Assembly: GCA_964016885.1 (NCBI GenBank)
Contig: OZ024743.1
Coordinates: forward strand, 97,278,001 to 97,342,000
Direction of reading: 5' to 3'
DNA: 64,000 nt
From: Eledone cirrhosa
Taxonomy: Eukaryota
Part shown: positions 27,230 through 41,964 of the stretch, piece by piece
Layout of the letters: every line of letters starts with the position of its first letter
How positions within the stretch are numbered: the first letter of the stretch is position 1
Made by a program: the position numbers and the translations under genes
The notes under the pieces: model-generated
Database searches by the model: none
What the model was told of the DNA's origin: nothing
What the model saw: the letters and a program-made list of their open reading frames with translations, nothing else

Positions 27230-28600
27230 TCTCTTTTTTTTATGTGGGTAGTTGTGGTTGTTATGTTGTCCTTGATGACTGTCTTAACTATTGTGGTGTT
27301 CGTGGAGTTGTGTTGCTGCGGATATGTCAGTGTTTCGTGTGCTTCTCTTGATTCACCTCTCTATAGTGAAATAGGATCATTATTTTTAATCTTTTCTGTA
27401 TCTCTTTTTACATTTTCCGTTTTGGGGTTCTTCTCGTCTTTACTATGGGAGGACGTGGTACCGGTGTTAGAGAGTTCCGACTCGGATATAGGTGGGGGGG
27501 GGGGGGGGGTTGTGTGAGTGTCAATGTGTGTTTAAATGAAGGGGAAAATGAATGAGAGGAAGAGTTGAGTTGACAGCCAGATTGGTTCGTTGATGCTCCC
27601 CGCTTCTGGTGCTCCCTTTGGTGGCGCTGGTGATCCTAGTGGTATCGCTGCTACTGGTGCTGGCTCTGTCTCGGCTGTTGATGTTACTTTCGCCACGGTT
27701 ATTGCCGTTGTTGTTGCTGTTGTCTCCCTTTAGTGGTGTTGTTGATGGGGCCCTGGTTTTCGCAAACGAGGATATGTCTTTCCCTGCTATCTTTTGTTGA
27801 ATGCAGAAAGCTCTTAGGTGACTGACTTCGCCACACAAATGTCGTCGTGGCAACATCATGTAGGTCATACCACGCGGAAGGCGAATTAGATCCGGGATTT
27901 TGTTCTGCTTCTCGAGTTGAACGTGATCTGAGACCAGGTTTCCCTCCAGGTTCTTTTAACCCCAGAGGAATTTCGCTTCCAGTATCCAGCAGATGCCTAA
28001 CTCTGCTAAGATTTCGTAAATGCGGACATTGACTATTCCCAAATAACATGGGAACAAAATGTATTGGTTCATTTTACAGGTGACCACCGAAAGTTTTGAG
28101 GCAAGGACTTCACTATTAAAGAGCACTGATATTCTTCCAAGTTGTCTGGATCTTGCGACGTCGGATATCCTGCATGATTTTCTTCAAATCTGTTTCCTCG
28201 TGCGCTTGATGCCCTAATTCTGTATTTTCTTTCTTTATAGAAATACATCTATGAATCAAAGCTTTTTTTCTCTGTAGTTTCCAACACCTCGGGAGAAATG
28301 CTTACATTAGTGCAGCCTTTTTCAATTTTTACTAATGTTGCTGCTTGTGCTAAGCCCCTTTCTGTTTCTGTTATGCTCACGTCGAATAGTTTTGTTGTTT
28401 TGGCTTCCGTAAAAGCGAACGTATTGTTGTTGTTATTCACGTGTTTGTTGCCCATGTTGTCGCTACTGTTCTTATTGTTATGTTCCTTTGTTGTAGTTGT
28501 AATGGTGGTAGTAGTGGTGTTGTCGTACTTGGTCTCATTCGATTGTTTATGTATCGGTGGTCGTGATAGTAATAGCGACATTACCACTTTAATTAAACCC
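27230..28600 (-). pseudogene. Degenerate LINE ORF1/gag-like relic
   Basis: Higher-GC tract with broken ORFs. RHLCGEVSHLRAFC resembles a decayed CX2CX4HX4C knuckle, flanked by Thr/Asn-rich low-complexity coding. Confidence 0.45.
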
Positions 28601-30581
28601 CCAAATATCAATGTCATTTAATACAAACTAAACCATAAGGTTTGTTTATTCACTCCGAATCAAATCAGTACCACAACTATAATGTGGCAACGAAGTAGTA
28701 ATGAAATAAACACTATTACCATATATTCAATATGAATAAAACGATATCTCATTTGAAAGGAAGGAAAATCCTCATCTGGAAAAAATAATAACCAACTGAA
28801 ATTGGTGCCAATAAGAGTTAATAGATAAAATATGAAACCAATATTACGATGTTAAGATGTGAATGTCCACATTAAATATTAATCAGCAAACATGCAAGAT
28901 CTTGTCAAGCTGCCAGTATCTGAAAAACTCATATCTTTCTTGGGTTGAGACGTAATATAACTTAATAAACCTTATAATGCAGCTACTATATGGTTTGCTA
29001 TTCAATGCCAGGTCAATGCTACTAGTCTTACTAAAGCATACAAACATTTCAGATAATACTTTTTTGTTGTAACTATAATGTACATCCTACTGCTTTACAT
29101 CAACTATTAAAATAAAGGCAACTACGAATCTAAACGTCTGAACTACACAGCATTCTTGCTGATTGATTACTTGCTAAATATCTTTATTTTACTCTAGCTG
29201 ATATTCAATATAATACTCAGCGAGTGATGGAAGCATATTTCAATACAAGTCGCTGTTAAGATAATAGATTACTAATTAATCTTAAAATTAAAACTCCATA
29301 GGGGTGCAATAAATCAGATCTCAATTTCCTGTGTATATATTAAGTGAGAGTCGATTCATTCAATCGACTAACATACATTTTCAGTTAGGAATATCTTATA
29401 AAGTAGACTACTAAGACGTGTCTCATACAACGCTAAGACTTTGTAATTTGAACAAAGAATTATTATTTCAAGAATTATTAATGGTTTATTCAAGGAAAAT
29501 CGTAACAACTGATTATCTGTCGCGCAAAGAAGGCTGAACAAATCAAATACGAAATGAAATTGGCTGGAGAGATTGTTATTGAAAGTATTTAATATCCGGG
29601 CTGTCTTTGTTAAAAATAAACCCGGAGAGAAGTTCTTCGCTTGTAAAGCAGAAATCTTCGTAAATATAATTGTTTTAAATTAAGCGGGACAACATCTGTA
29701 TTTACTATTTACTTTTGTTTCCTAGTCTACAGTGAAATGGATTTCGTTTCGACAAGTTAATTAAGTTCGATGTATGTTTTCTGTAGAAAAGTGTAAACAA
29801 GACATGTGAGCATTAGGAGTGGATGGCAACGTTTCTGGTACATAATTTTGATGCATTTTATAGAAATGAAACAAACATTGAAGAAGAACAATTAAATGTG
29901 ATTAAAACTTGGCGCCAATGCCATATCGGTTTCTGAAATATTACTCTGTTGTGAAGAATACTTTCATATATCCAATTAGTTATACACATTCTTTGATGAA
30001 GCTGTATACATGATGGTCAATCGATTACCGATTGTAAAGTTATTCTATGTACAAAATTCTTTTGTAATTAACTGAAATTGTTTTTAATATTTCGACGAAC
30101 TATATTTAAATTTATATAAGAATTCTTAAATTTTGATCCTAAACTAAATCACGACAAAATATTGATTCTTGTTTTAATGCAATCAGAAACCGTATTTAAT
30201 CCCAGTGACATAGAAAGGAATGCAGAAGAGTGCTAAAGATATATAAATACAGCAGAAATACCCTTCACCACTGTTTAAAATCTAGACAGGCTATTGTACA
30301 ATAATAAGCAATATAATGTTGTATATTGACCATACCGATATATTTATATAAACTCTATTCCTACTATATCAAGTATAAAACTAATAATATTTCTTCATTG
30401 TACTGTGTTATTTGCATTATTATTTCTGTTTGCCTTTTGCATACACACACACACACACGCATACACACATGCGCACACATACACACACATACACATACAT
30501 ACATATACACACGCATACACATTCACACACATACACACACATACACACACATACACACACACACACATACACACACATATG

Positions 30582-30633
<52 letters not shown>

Positions 30634-30637
<4 letters not shown>

Positions 30638-30905
30638 GTTTCTACTTTTGGCACAAGGTCAGCAATTACCCCAGTACATTACTGTTTCTTTATTCTATCG
30701 ACCCTGTAAGGATGCGAGGCAAAGTTAACCTTGGTGGCATTTGAAATCAGAACATAAATGCTCTAAAGCATGATGTCTGTGTGTTTGTTATCTATGTAGC
30801 GGCAGTAACAGCTAGAAATATCCGTGACTATCTTACAACGTCACAGAAGCTATAGTAAGTGATGGACAAAACCACGCGGGGTAACCCTGCAAACATTACC
30901 CACAC
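30634..30905 (-). mobile_element. SINE 3' part fused to a ~130-bp extra segment
   Basis: Reverse SINE tail and core, then a segment shared with 39781-39912. Confidence 0.7.
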
Positions 30906-31692
30906 GGATAGAAATGAAAGTATACCATATCGTTATAGACATACATATATACACAATGTTACATGATGTGAATGAATATATATACGTTGTGTTCGTTGAT
31001 ATGCAATGTTATATGAATAATCTTAAAAGTCCACACTTTCGCAGACACGCCAGCCCACCCTCACACATACTAATATACACACATACACATATAGATATGA
31101 TTTAGGTTTTGAGAATATACCTTTATCTATAAATAGTCGTTTATAATTTCGGTACAAGGCCAGAAATTTGGAGGGAGAGATAAGTAGACTAAATTGACCA
31201 AGTACTTGACTAGCTCTATATATATACCTCTGAAGGATGAAGAGTTGACTTGGTGAAATTTGAAATGAGAACCTAGAGAGAACAATTGCAAAATATTTTG
31301 TTTGAGGCCCTAACAATTTCTCTATTCTGCTGAACTTTTGAAAAATATACAAAAAAAAAAAATATACAAAAAAAAATATACAAAAAAAAAATATACAAAA
31401 AAAAATATACAAAAAAAAAAAAAATCCTCGTTTCTGCGTGGCGAGATCACAGCACAGCCCTTTAATAATAATGTCGGTAATAACAGCTTAAGTGTATGTT
31501 TAGACGACCGATGTTTATGTCAACGTAATGAAGATTAAAAGCCAATGTCATGAGTATTCTAGTAGAATGGCTGTCTATCGCATGAAACTGATTTCCTAAT
31601 TTACAGTGTCTCATCTGTTAAGCGAGTTCAGATTCAACACGTGAAAATTAGAGAGCCTATATATACCGAGTTTCAAGTAATTGCTTCCATCA

Positions 31693-31746
<54 letters not shown>

Positions 31747-31809
31747 AATAATTGTTTCTACGTTTGGCACAAGGCCAGCAATTACCCAGTGCATTAATAA
31801 TAATAATAA

Positions 31810-32625
31810 TACTATTTATAGTTATGTATATAATATAAACAACTATAAAGAGGAAGGTCAGTAATTTCTTAATTACCCTATTACCAGTAAGAGAAATAGC
31901 TCAATGTATGAACATCAGTTGTTTTACAGAGCAGTTAAATAAATAAATTATACAATTATCAAAGTTGTGTTCAAATCATTTAATAGCTGATAATCGTTTC
32001 TTCCAAACTCTAGTTTGAAGTCATCGGAGCATTATCAATGTTTGCACATATAATTACCCTCCTATTCAACTGAACAATAATATAGATACATATAAATTGA
32101 TGTTGTGAGCAACAGTTTCGTATTTACAGGGTGGAATGGATGTGACATATTTTACGAGAATTGTACAATAATTGTACAAACATTCAAGTTCAAATTCAAA
32201 TCAATATTAAAATTAAAATCAAAATCAAAAGCACGGAGTGGAATAAATGCAACAGTTAAAACAAGGGAATAGTTCAAATATTAAAGAGGCATTGAGGAAG
32301 CAGTTTTGAGAAAGGAAGAATGCGATAACAAATCATATGCAGGCGTGTGGATAGTGTGACTGCGTAAGTCATATACATTGAATGTTTGTACAATTATTGA
32401 ACAATTCTCGTAAAATATATGTCACATCCATTCCACCCTGTAAATACGAAACTGTTTCTCACAACATCAATTTATATGTATCTATATTATTGTTCAGTTG
32501 AATAGGTGGGTAATTATATGTGCAAACATTGATAATGGTCCGATGATTCCAAACGAGAGTTTGGAAGAAACGATTGTCAGCTATTAAATGATTTGAACAC
32601 AACTTTGATAATTGTATAATTTATT
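31810..32625. mobile_element. Fold-back element with two outward HHRs (C4 variant)
   Basis: Arms 31942-32187 and 32378-32625; one-sided tail 31810-31941; HHRs at 31981-32034(-) and 32533-32586(+). Confidence 0.85.
32533..32586 (+). ncRNA. HHR with CCGAUGA core
   Basis: TAATGGT-CCGATGA-TTCCAAAC-GAGA-GTTTGGAA-GAAA-CGATTG-TC|AGCTATTA; perfect 8-bp stem II. Confidence 0.75.
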
Positions 32626-32723
32626 CATATATATATCAATCAAAATATTTAGCCCCAGCGGCAGAGTTCAAGCCGTACTCTGGTGCGTTATGGTCCATCT
32701 GGTTCCTTACCACACTTTCTTCG

Positions 32724-32774
<51 letters not shown>

Positions 32775-32808
32775 TATATATATATAGATATATATATATA
32801 TATATGTA

Positions 32809-32957
<149 letters not shown>

Positions 32958-33328
32958 GCCTAGGGGTATTACTTCTACTACCACTATGACCACGACCACT
33001 AACAACAACAACAACAACAATAATAATAATAATAAAAGTGATGTTGATGGTGATGATTAATAGAAAATGCTATTTTTATCATTTCAAAAAAGCAAAACAA
33101 TTGATACGTTGGATATGACTATTGGTCGTTAGCATGCTCAACCAGCCGTGACGCTTAAACCAATCAGCTGTAGTAATTCAGTGAAACTACACACTGATTG
33201 GTCGAAATACAGTTTACAGGGCTTTGCATTCTGGAGCCACTTTTCTCTGTATAAAATGTATAAAAGGTAGGAAATTTACCCATCTCATTACAGTTGAAAA
33301 TTGCAAACTCGACTGTCACCACATATCA

Positions 33329-33367
33329 TGAACCTGAAGATTGCGAAAGCATGAAAGTACTTGTTCA
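33329..33367 (+). ncRNA. Solitary 39-nt minimal HHR
   Basis: TGAAC-CTGAAGA-T-TGC-GAAA-GCA-T-GAAA-GTAC-TT|GTTCA; perfect stem I, GNRA loop II, palindromic stem III. Confidence 0.75.
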
Positions 33368-33531
33368 ATTAACACTTAGAATTTAACATTCTATCATACT
33401 ATTTCATTATAATACCATTATATATATTTTAAAGGATTGTAAATAAAACGAGTAAATCAGACAAAGTTGGAATTCCTCTTATTAATATAATCTTCTATAC
33501 ACAATCATACACACCCGTGTATATTTACCTA

Positions 33532-33597
<66 letters not shown>

Positions 33598-34420
33598 TAC
33601 ATACGTGCAGTCATATGATGTTAATGTTGCAAGAAATACACTAGAAAAGGAGAATATCTACGTACATTGATGAGGAGTTTTTACATTGGAGCATGACGGA
33701 ACATGACTCCTTAATTCATAAGGTAGAAAGTGCCAGGGCATCTAGACCAATCATGATCTGTGAAATATCCTTGAGCTTCAAAGGAGGAACGATTGCATAA
33801 GGAACTGTAGAAATGTATTATTGTATGTAGTTTTATCGCTCGGAAGGCGGCTGGTCACCATAAATTCGGAATTAAGAGAACGAGACAAAAGCATACATAG
33901 AGAATAGAGACACAAACGTACACACACAAATACACACACACACACACGCACACAAACACACACACAAACTTACACACACACACACACACAAACAAACACA
34001 CACAAACTTACGCACACACATACACACATACGCACAAACTCACACACACAGAAGCTTACACAACACACACACAGACATACACACCCACACAAGCACACAC
34101 ACACACACATACACTGTGCGTGGTATTGTACTGGCTATCTCCGATATCTTCCACGCAAGCCTGAGATCTTGAGGCAGGAGGTCTAGCATTAGATATGTTA
34201 GAAGAGTTCAATAAAAAGAGGTGAACTGTCTGCAGTTATTAACGTTATCTGATCTGACACTTCTCGAGGTTTAAGAAGGTGTTTTTGGTATTTCAGAATT
34301 CACAGTTTTTAGATCTTTTCCGTCATAATTTGCACGTTTCCAAGATCTTACATTTTCTCCGTGTGCAGTTCCTTTACTGGATATATTAAAATACGTACGT
34401 ACACACATACGCACACACAA

Positions 34421-34460
<40 letters not shown>

Positions 34461-34804
34461 TCTCGATGTTACATAGATAAAGATCAACTATTTTTAAGGT
34501 AAACCTCTTCACGAAAGCATACTTTCGATATCAAAGAAAAAACATAAATTTCTTTCTTTAATACACAATACAATTAGACTGAGGTAAGCTCTGAATCTTT
34601 GATGTCAACTGTTAGCAATTCTTGGTAAAAATGCTAGAGGTCTAGAAAGGAAACATAAGGTAAGATGGGAATATTTACTCCCGAGATAGAATACAGAGTA
34701 TGCCGAGATTTAGATATTGCCTGTGTATTAGTATTACAAACACCAAGGTTGGTTGTACACATTTTCCCCTTTTGTCAAATAATATTATTTCAATTAACAT
34801 AGAG

Positions 34805-34995
34805 CGGTGGATTGGCAGTATCGGTAGAAGGTCGGACGCCATGCTTTGAAGCAAAGAGTTACGGCCCTCTATGATCTGAGTTCAAATCCCACCGAGGTTA
34901 ACTTTGCCTTTCATCCTTACAGGGTCGATAAAATAAAGTACCAGTAATGCACTGGGATAATTGATGGCCTTGTGTCAAAAATAGAAACAATTATT
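34805..34995 (+). mobile_element. Full-length tRNA-derived SINE
   Basis: A box, B box GTTCAAATCC, core and tail. ATTATTTTCAATTAACA precedes it and ATTATTTCAATTAACA follows it (TSD-like). Confidence 0.9.
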
Positions 34996-35429
34996 TCAAT
35001 TAACAATTTGGCAATGAATCAAATCCCTGTATATTTCTATATTTTACACTACAAACTCTACACACACCCTTATAGTTCAGCAATTATTCGGCCATCTAAT
35101 ATTTGTGGTCTATGCTGATTAGTTGGCCTAATGATACCACTGTTCCTGATTGGTGAGTAAAGGTTATAATTGTAAATATTAATGGAACTCTTTAAAATCC
35201 TGTCTATTTACATTACAACAGACAGTTGCTAAGTCATTTAAATTTCATGAGTATTTTTATTGTTTATATCTAAAGGAATATTGGGTGGAAGTTGATTTAC
35301 ATCACATACACACACTTACGCACGCATATATCTATCTACACAAACACACACATATATATATATATATATACACACGCGCGCGCACGCACACACACACACA
35401 CACACAAACGCACACCCATATATATATAT

Positions 35430-35530
35430 AGGAAAAGAGTCAGAACCCCGACGGCAGAGCTCAAGCCGTTTCGACAGCTATTTCTGGACTCGGAGTTCTT
35501 CTGGTTCCTTACCACACTTCCTTCGTTATA
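35430..35530 (-). mobile_element. HHR-family fragment with deleted catalytic core
   Basis: Minus strand AGAACTCC-[core missing]-GA-GTCC...GTC-GAAA-CGGC..GCCG-TC|GGGGTTCT. Confidence 0.6.
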
Positions 35531-35537
35531 TTATATA

Positions 35538-36444
35538 CTAGCAGTGGTACCCGGCGTTGCACGGGATAAGGTATTTTTGAACGCGGGCGCCAACAAACCT
35601 AATCGTGGAAAAACTGCATTCCTCGACAATATGTAAAGAAAATAAACCCAATACTCTGATGCAATTAGTATTAGGCATGCTTCTCCATCCACGTGGAGAA
35701 AATCGGCTTGGTGTTTTTGTACTTTAATAAAGTGGCATGAGTCAGCAGGACAGATGTCACCACTTATGTCAGAGGGAAGTCTGCAATGCTTCAGCAAGGC
35801 ATGACGTGCAATCAGAGAGCATGTGGAGCCTTTTCGAAGGAGTCTACCGCACCTTAGTAAGTAAACGCAACTAGACAAACGTTTACCAAACTGTGGGTAT
35901 AATTTAACAAATTTAAAGAGGAGGTTGTGCAATAAAATGGGCCCCTAAGCGTGTGCGCGTTCACTGGCATCTCTAAACGAAAGGGTCACCATCAGCGATT
36001 TCAAGGGCCCTTAAATAGGCCGTGTAAGCCATTCACTGACACCCCAGTAAGGAGGGGTAACCATCAACAATTGTGAGATTTGTCTTGAGCAAGGGTGGCA
36101 GAATAACCGGAGGAAGCAGACATTCAGACATACAGACAGATATTATAAGGGCGCGTTCTGGACGCATATGGAATTGTGGGAAATGACTTAATGCAGACAG
36201 CCAGACATACAGACAGATATTATAAGGGCGCGACGTTATATGTATGTATATATCGAAAAAGAGAAAGACTAAGAATTATAGAGAGAGATCGCTAAATCGT
36301 CTAATGCGGTCCCTAGGCCATTGAAATTTTGAGATTTCTTTGCTCAGAACACTCCCCGAAATTACATGTGTAAAGTTTGAAAACAGTGGTTGGGTGCTTC
36401 TCGAATTTTAGGGATTCAAACTCACACACACACAGACATCCTCA

Positions 36445-36514
<70 letters not shown>

Positions 36515-36518
36515 TAGA
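35538..36518 (-). mobile_element. Non-autonomous Helitron
   Basis: Minus strand starts TC then a TA run, ends with hairpin CCCG..CGGG and CTAG; flanked by A and T. Confidence 0.75.
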
Positions 36519-37205
36519 TTTAGCGAGAATCGCATTTCGGCTGGTAGAAAAGGCGAAACGAGACGAAAAAATCAGAAATAATGCTGGCGAGCGCTCCATA
36601 GTTAAACAACCAGAGCTAAACAATATGTTAAGAGGCCATACAAAACTGAAATAGTGGTCAAGAAAGGATCAACAACCTAAGCCAAAAAGCAAATCAAGCC
36701 AAACAGGTCGAAACAAAATAAATGATAAAAAAAACACATACCTGGACCCGTTGGAATTGATGTTAAAATTCAAATGCAGGGTTTCTATGACAACTAAATC
36801 AAAATACTGTCTGCTTAAAAATATAAGCTTTAGGTATAATAAAATAATCCGTTGGGTTACGGAGAAATAGAAAGATAGAGAAGGAAAGAGAGAGAGAGAG
36901 CAGAATAAACAGAGAGAGAAATATGGAGAGAGAGAGGAGACGGAAAAAATGAGAGAGAACGAAAAACTCTAAGTCATATCTTGTTGAGTTAACTTAACAA
37001 TTGAGATGAAATGAATAAATAAAAATTAGAAATGTTAATAATCATGAATGGAATATACATATATAATATGAGAAATTTAACCATTGTTTAAATATGATAA
37101 GATGTTTAGTTAATCAGTTAAATATTGAGATCAATATATTAAAGATTGGGATCTATATATTAAGAAATCCATATATTATTAAAGATCTATATATTACATA
37201 ACACA

Positions 37206-37270
37206 TATTTTATCTGATGAAAGGACACCATAATTTAACTTGGTGTCCTTGAAATATGTATAAGGAAATA
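37206..37270 (+). ncRNA. HHR with perfect 10-bp stem II
   Basis: TATTTTAT-CTGATGA-AAGGACACCA..TGGTGTCCTT-GAAA-TATGTATA|AGGAAATA. Downstream sequence is homologous to 41020-41155. Confidence 0.8.
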
Positions 37271-38054
37271 AATATGGTTTTATAAATATAGTTTCCATTT
37301 GTTAATATCGTATTTTTACTCCAAATATTTGTTGAGTGCTTTATATCAGTTATAAAAATATGTGCTTGTTGTATCCCAACAATTTAAATAGAACTCTTAC
37401 ATATATATATATATATATATATAGATGAGATTCTACAGGACTAGAACTGTTTCATTCATTAGAAATCATCAGGAATCTGGGTATCAAAAAATAAAAATGG
37501 TATTTATAGGTCTCTACAAGTGGTAGGAGAGGGTGGGGGAGTGGGATGGGTGTAGGTCATTGGTTGATAGAAAAGGGAATTCATTAAAAGCTAATTCTAC
37601 AAAGCTATAGTTTATTTTTATTTATTTATGTTTTTAGAGTAACAAAGGCAGACAGAATTCTATAAACAGGTTCTGGATGGCATACCATTCCTTGTCATTA
37701 AGTTTCTCTTAAGCTAACAGATGTCTATAAGATCAGTGGGGGGTCAGTCATGGTCGATAGAATTAAAGAAAAGGGAGATTCTTTAAAAGCTAAAATCATT
37801 AAGGTTCTACTAAGTGACAAAGGTTTAGAGAATTCTGTAGACAGATTCAAAATACTGAGTGCATATCTTACAATTATCTTCGAACTTCTCTTAAACTAAT
37901 CAACTATATGCCAAAAATCAACAGACACATTCACAAAAAAACATACTCACTCACACACTCACGCACAACCATAAACACACATACACATACACATATACAC
38001 ACATAAAAACACACACACATATATATAAATATATTTATATACATACATATACAT

Positions 38055-38173
<119 letters not shown>

Positions 38174-38199
38174 GAAAAATTGAACAGGGACAGAACAGA

Positions 38200-38995
38200 G
38201 AGGCAGTACGATAAATGTTTATTAAATTCACGCTCAGGAGAGTGGGGGGTAGGTGGAGGACGACGTTTCGGGCATAAGCCCTTCTTCAGGTGAGAGTTCA
38301 AAAGGTGTGTAGGGGAGTGGTGGAGAGACATATAGCGAAAGGAAACGGTGCGAATGAAAAATTAACAAATAAAGACAAAAATATAATAAATAATAAATAA
38401 AAATAAAGCATGATCAAAATACAAGGAATGAGAACATTTAAAAATAAAGGCATGATCAAAATAAACTGAAATTAAAAGGGGGGTAAACAGGTGGTGGAAG
38501 GGTGTGGGGTGAGTAGGGGTGGTGGCGGGTGGAGTGGGGAGAGGGAGACGGGGTGTCCGAGCGGGGAGGGCTGAAGGTGGTGTGTGTGGTTAGGTGTGCG
38601 TGTGTGTGTGTGTGTATGTGAAAGTGAGGGTTGGGGGAAGAACGGGGATGCATGTTCAGGAAGGTGTGTGTGGGGTGTGTTTTTGTGGATCGGAGGGTCT
38701 GTGCGTGTGTGGATAGGGGGGTGGGGGGAGAGGAATCAGGGGGCTGAGGGTGTAAATATGTGGTGGGAAGCAGTGTGTGTGGTTTAAGCGTGTTGTGGGT
38801 GTGGGTGGCGTGTGGATAAAAAAAATTGTTTTGGGATGTGTGTGTGGGTGAGTTATATAGGTGATGGTGTAAGAGGATGGTTGAAAGTGGTAAGTTACAC
38901 GGATGTATGGAGATTTTGGTTGGAAGTCAAAACGCGTGTGGGTAATCCAAGAAGCGGTGGTCGGAAGAGGAGAGATGTGGGGTGCGCGCGCAACC
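38200..38995 (-). mobile_element. Penelope-like 3' non-coding fragment with HHR core
   Basis: Minus strand CTGAAGA-A-GGGC-TTAT-GCCC-GAAA-CGTCG-TC at 38259-38290, then AATAAA. C/A-rich upstream tract. Stem I not evident. Confidence 0.6.
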
Positions 38996-39396
38996 ATATA
39001 TATACATATATATATATATATACACACGCATATATATACATACACACACACACACATATATATATACACACACACACACACACATATATACACATATAAA
39101 TACACTCACACACATACATACAAACACAAATATACATGTGTATACATATACACACAAATACACATAGATACATATACATATATATACAGATATATACATA
39201 CAGAACCTGTTTATAGAATTCTGTCTGCCTTTGTTACTCTAAAAACATAAATAAATAAAAATAAACTATAGCTTTGTAGAATTAGCTTTTAATGAATTCC
39301 CTTTTCTATCAACCAATGACCTACACCCATCCCACTCCCCACCCTCTCCTACCACTTGTAGAGACCTATAAATACCATTTTTATTTTTTGATACCC

Positions 39397-39447
39397 AGAT
39401 TCCTGATGATTTCTAATGAATGAAACAGTTCTAGTCCTGTAGAATCT
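39397..39447 (+). ncRNA. Type I HHR
   Basis: AGATTC-CTGATGA-T-TTC-TAAT-GAA-T-GAAA-CAG..CTG-TA|GAATCT; GUA site at 39441. Confidence 0.8.
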
Positions 39448-39529
39448 CATCTATATTAAAACTTTTATACTCTGCTATGTATTGAGTACCTTACTTACTG
39501 TGGTTACCTCCGATTCAACCCGGAATAAC

Positions 39530-39608
<79 letters not shown>

Positions 39609-39649
39609 TGTATATATATATATATATATATATATATGCATGTATAATT

Positions 39650-39977
39650 CATTATTTCTACTTTTGGCACAAGCCCAGCAATTATCCCAAGCAATTACTG
39701 GTGGTTTATGTCATCGATCCCGTAAGGATGAAAGGCAAACTCAGAACTTAAAGGGCCATAAATCTATGCTGTATAGCATGGTGTCTGTATGTGTATGTTA
39801 TCTATGTAGCGGCAGTAACAGCTAAAAATATCCTTGCCTATCTTACAACCTCAAAGAAGCCATAGTATGTGATGAACAAAACCACACGGGGTAACCCTGC
39901 AAACATTACACATAAAGGGCCGTAACTTTATGCTACAAAGCAAGGCGTCCGCTCGACTCTCTACCGATACTGCCAAT
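39650..39977 (-). mobile_element. SINE interrupted by a ~130-bp segment
   Basis: Head 39913-39977, insert 39781-39912, core and tail 39650-39780. Confidence 0.75.
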
Positions 39978-40229
39978 ATAACGTATATTATATATATAAT
40001 ATATATGTTATATATACATTTTCATAACGTATTATATATATTACTATGGGTATAGACTTCTGGTCTATAATATATATATATATACATATATACACACACA
40101 CAGATATGCATGGTAAGTTGTGGGGTCAAGTCTGCATAAAGAACTCGATGTAATCTATATGTTGAAAATGTTGTAGGTTAAAATAAATCCCGAAAAACAA
40201 TAAAACATTAAAAGGAAAACAGAGTCATG

Positions 40230-40638
40230 ATATAAGTTAAAACAATGAAATAAAAAAATCAAGTCATTAGAAATATACTTCACTGCTCTACGATCGTTTC
40301 TAGGTGATGACAATACAGTGTAACTATACTTCGATATCGATCTATGTAAGGTTAGTTACAAAATATCAGATAAAGAGAATATTTACTTACATGCATTTCA
40401 CCAGCTGTTGTCAAAAGCAATGCTGTTGTCAAAAGCAATGCTGTTGTCAAAAGCAATGCTTTTGACAACAGCTGGTGAAATGCATGTAAGTAAATATTCT
40501 CTTTATCTGATATTTTGTAACTAACCTTACATAGATCGATATCGAAGTATAGTTACACTGTATTATCATCACCCAGAAACGATCGTAAAGCAGTGAAGTA
40601 TATTTCTAATGACTTGATTTTTTATTTCATTGTTTTAA

Positions 40639-40645
<7 letters not shown>
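40230..40645. mobile_element. Fold-back element with a triplicated 18-mer at the apex
   Basis: Arms are reverse complements; centre (GCTGTTGTCAAAAGCAAT)x3; right arm has CTGATAT...GAAACGATCGTA. A single-arm homologue lies at 51243-51405. Confidence 0.85.
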
Positions 40646-41346
<701 letters not shown>

Positions 41347-41516
41347 AGGAGGTTATATCCATAGTAAGTAGAGCAGTCGGTCTAGAGGACGAGTTTGGTA
41401 TAGAGTTAGTTCGACAACAAATTAGCAAACACGACTCGAGGACGGGCGTTTCACCTCGTGTTTGGTTTGCTAATTTGTTGTGGAACCTATTCTCTCCACC
41501 CCCCTCTCTCTCTCTG

Positions 41517-41571
<55 letters not shown>

Positions 41572-41787
41572 ATGTATGTATAGTATATTTGGCAATATAC
41601 CGTATGTTTAATTAAACACATTTAGAAGACCATACACTATCAATTTTAAAATAGTGACTATGTCACTTACTTCTTTTCGGTGAAAGAAGAGAGAGAAGCT
41701 GACAGTCTGTTTCACGGTGGTTGGCGTTCCTCACAGCCACGTACTCCCCTGCTTCCGCCGAAAATTATAGAAGCTGGATTCTATACA

Positions 41788-41871
<84 letters not shown>

Positions 41872-41964
41872 GAAAATTATAGAAATTGTTGTAGCGAGAA
41901 GCTAACAGTATTCCATAACATATATATATATACGTATATGTATATATATATGTATATATATATA

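Noticed and set aside
34805-34895. tRNA gene
   Set aside because: A and B boxes belong to SINE heads; no complete cloverleaf.
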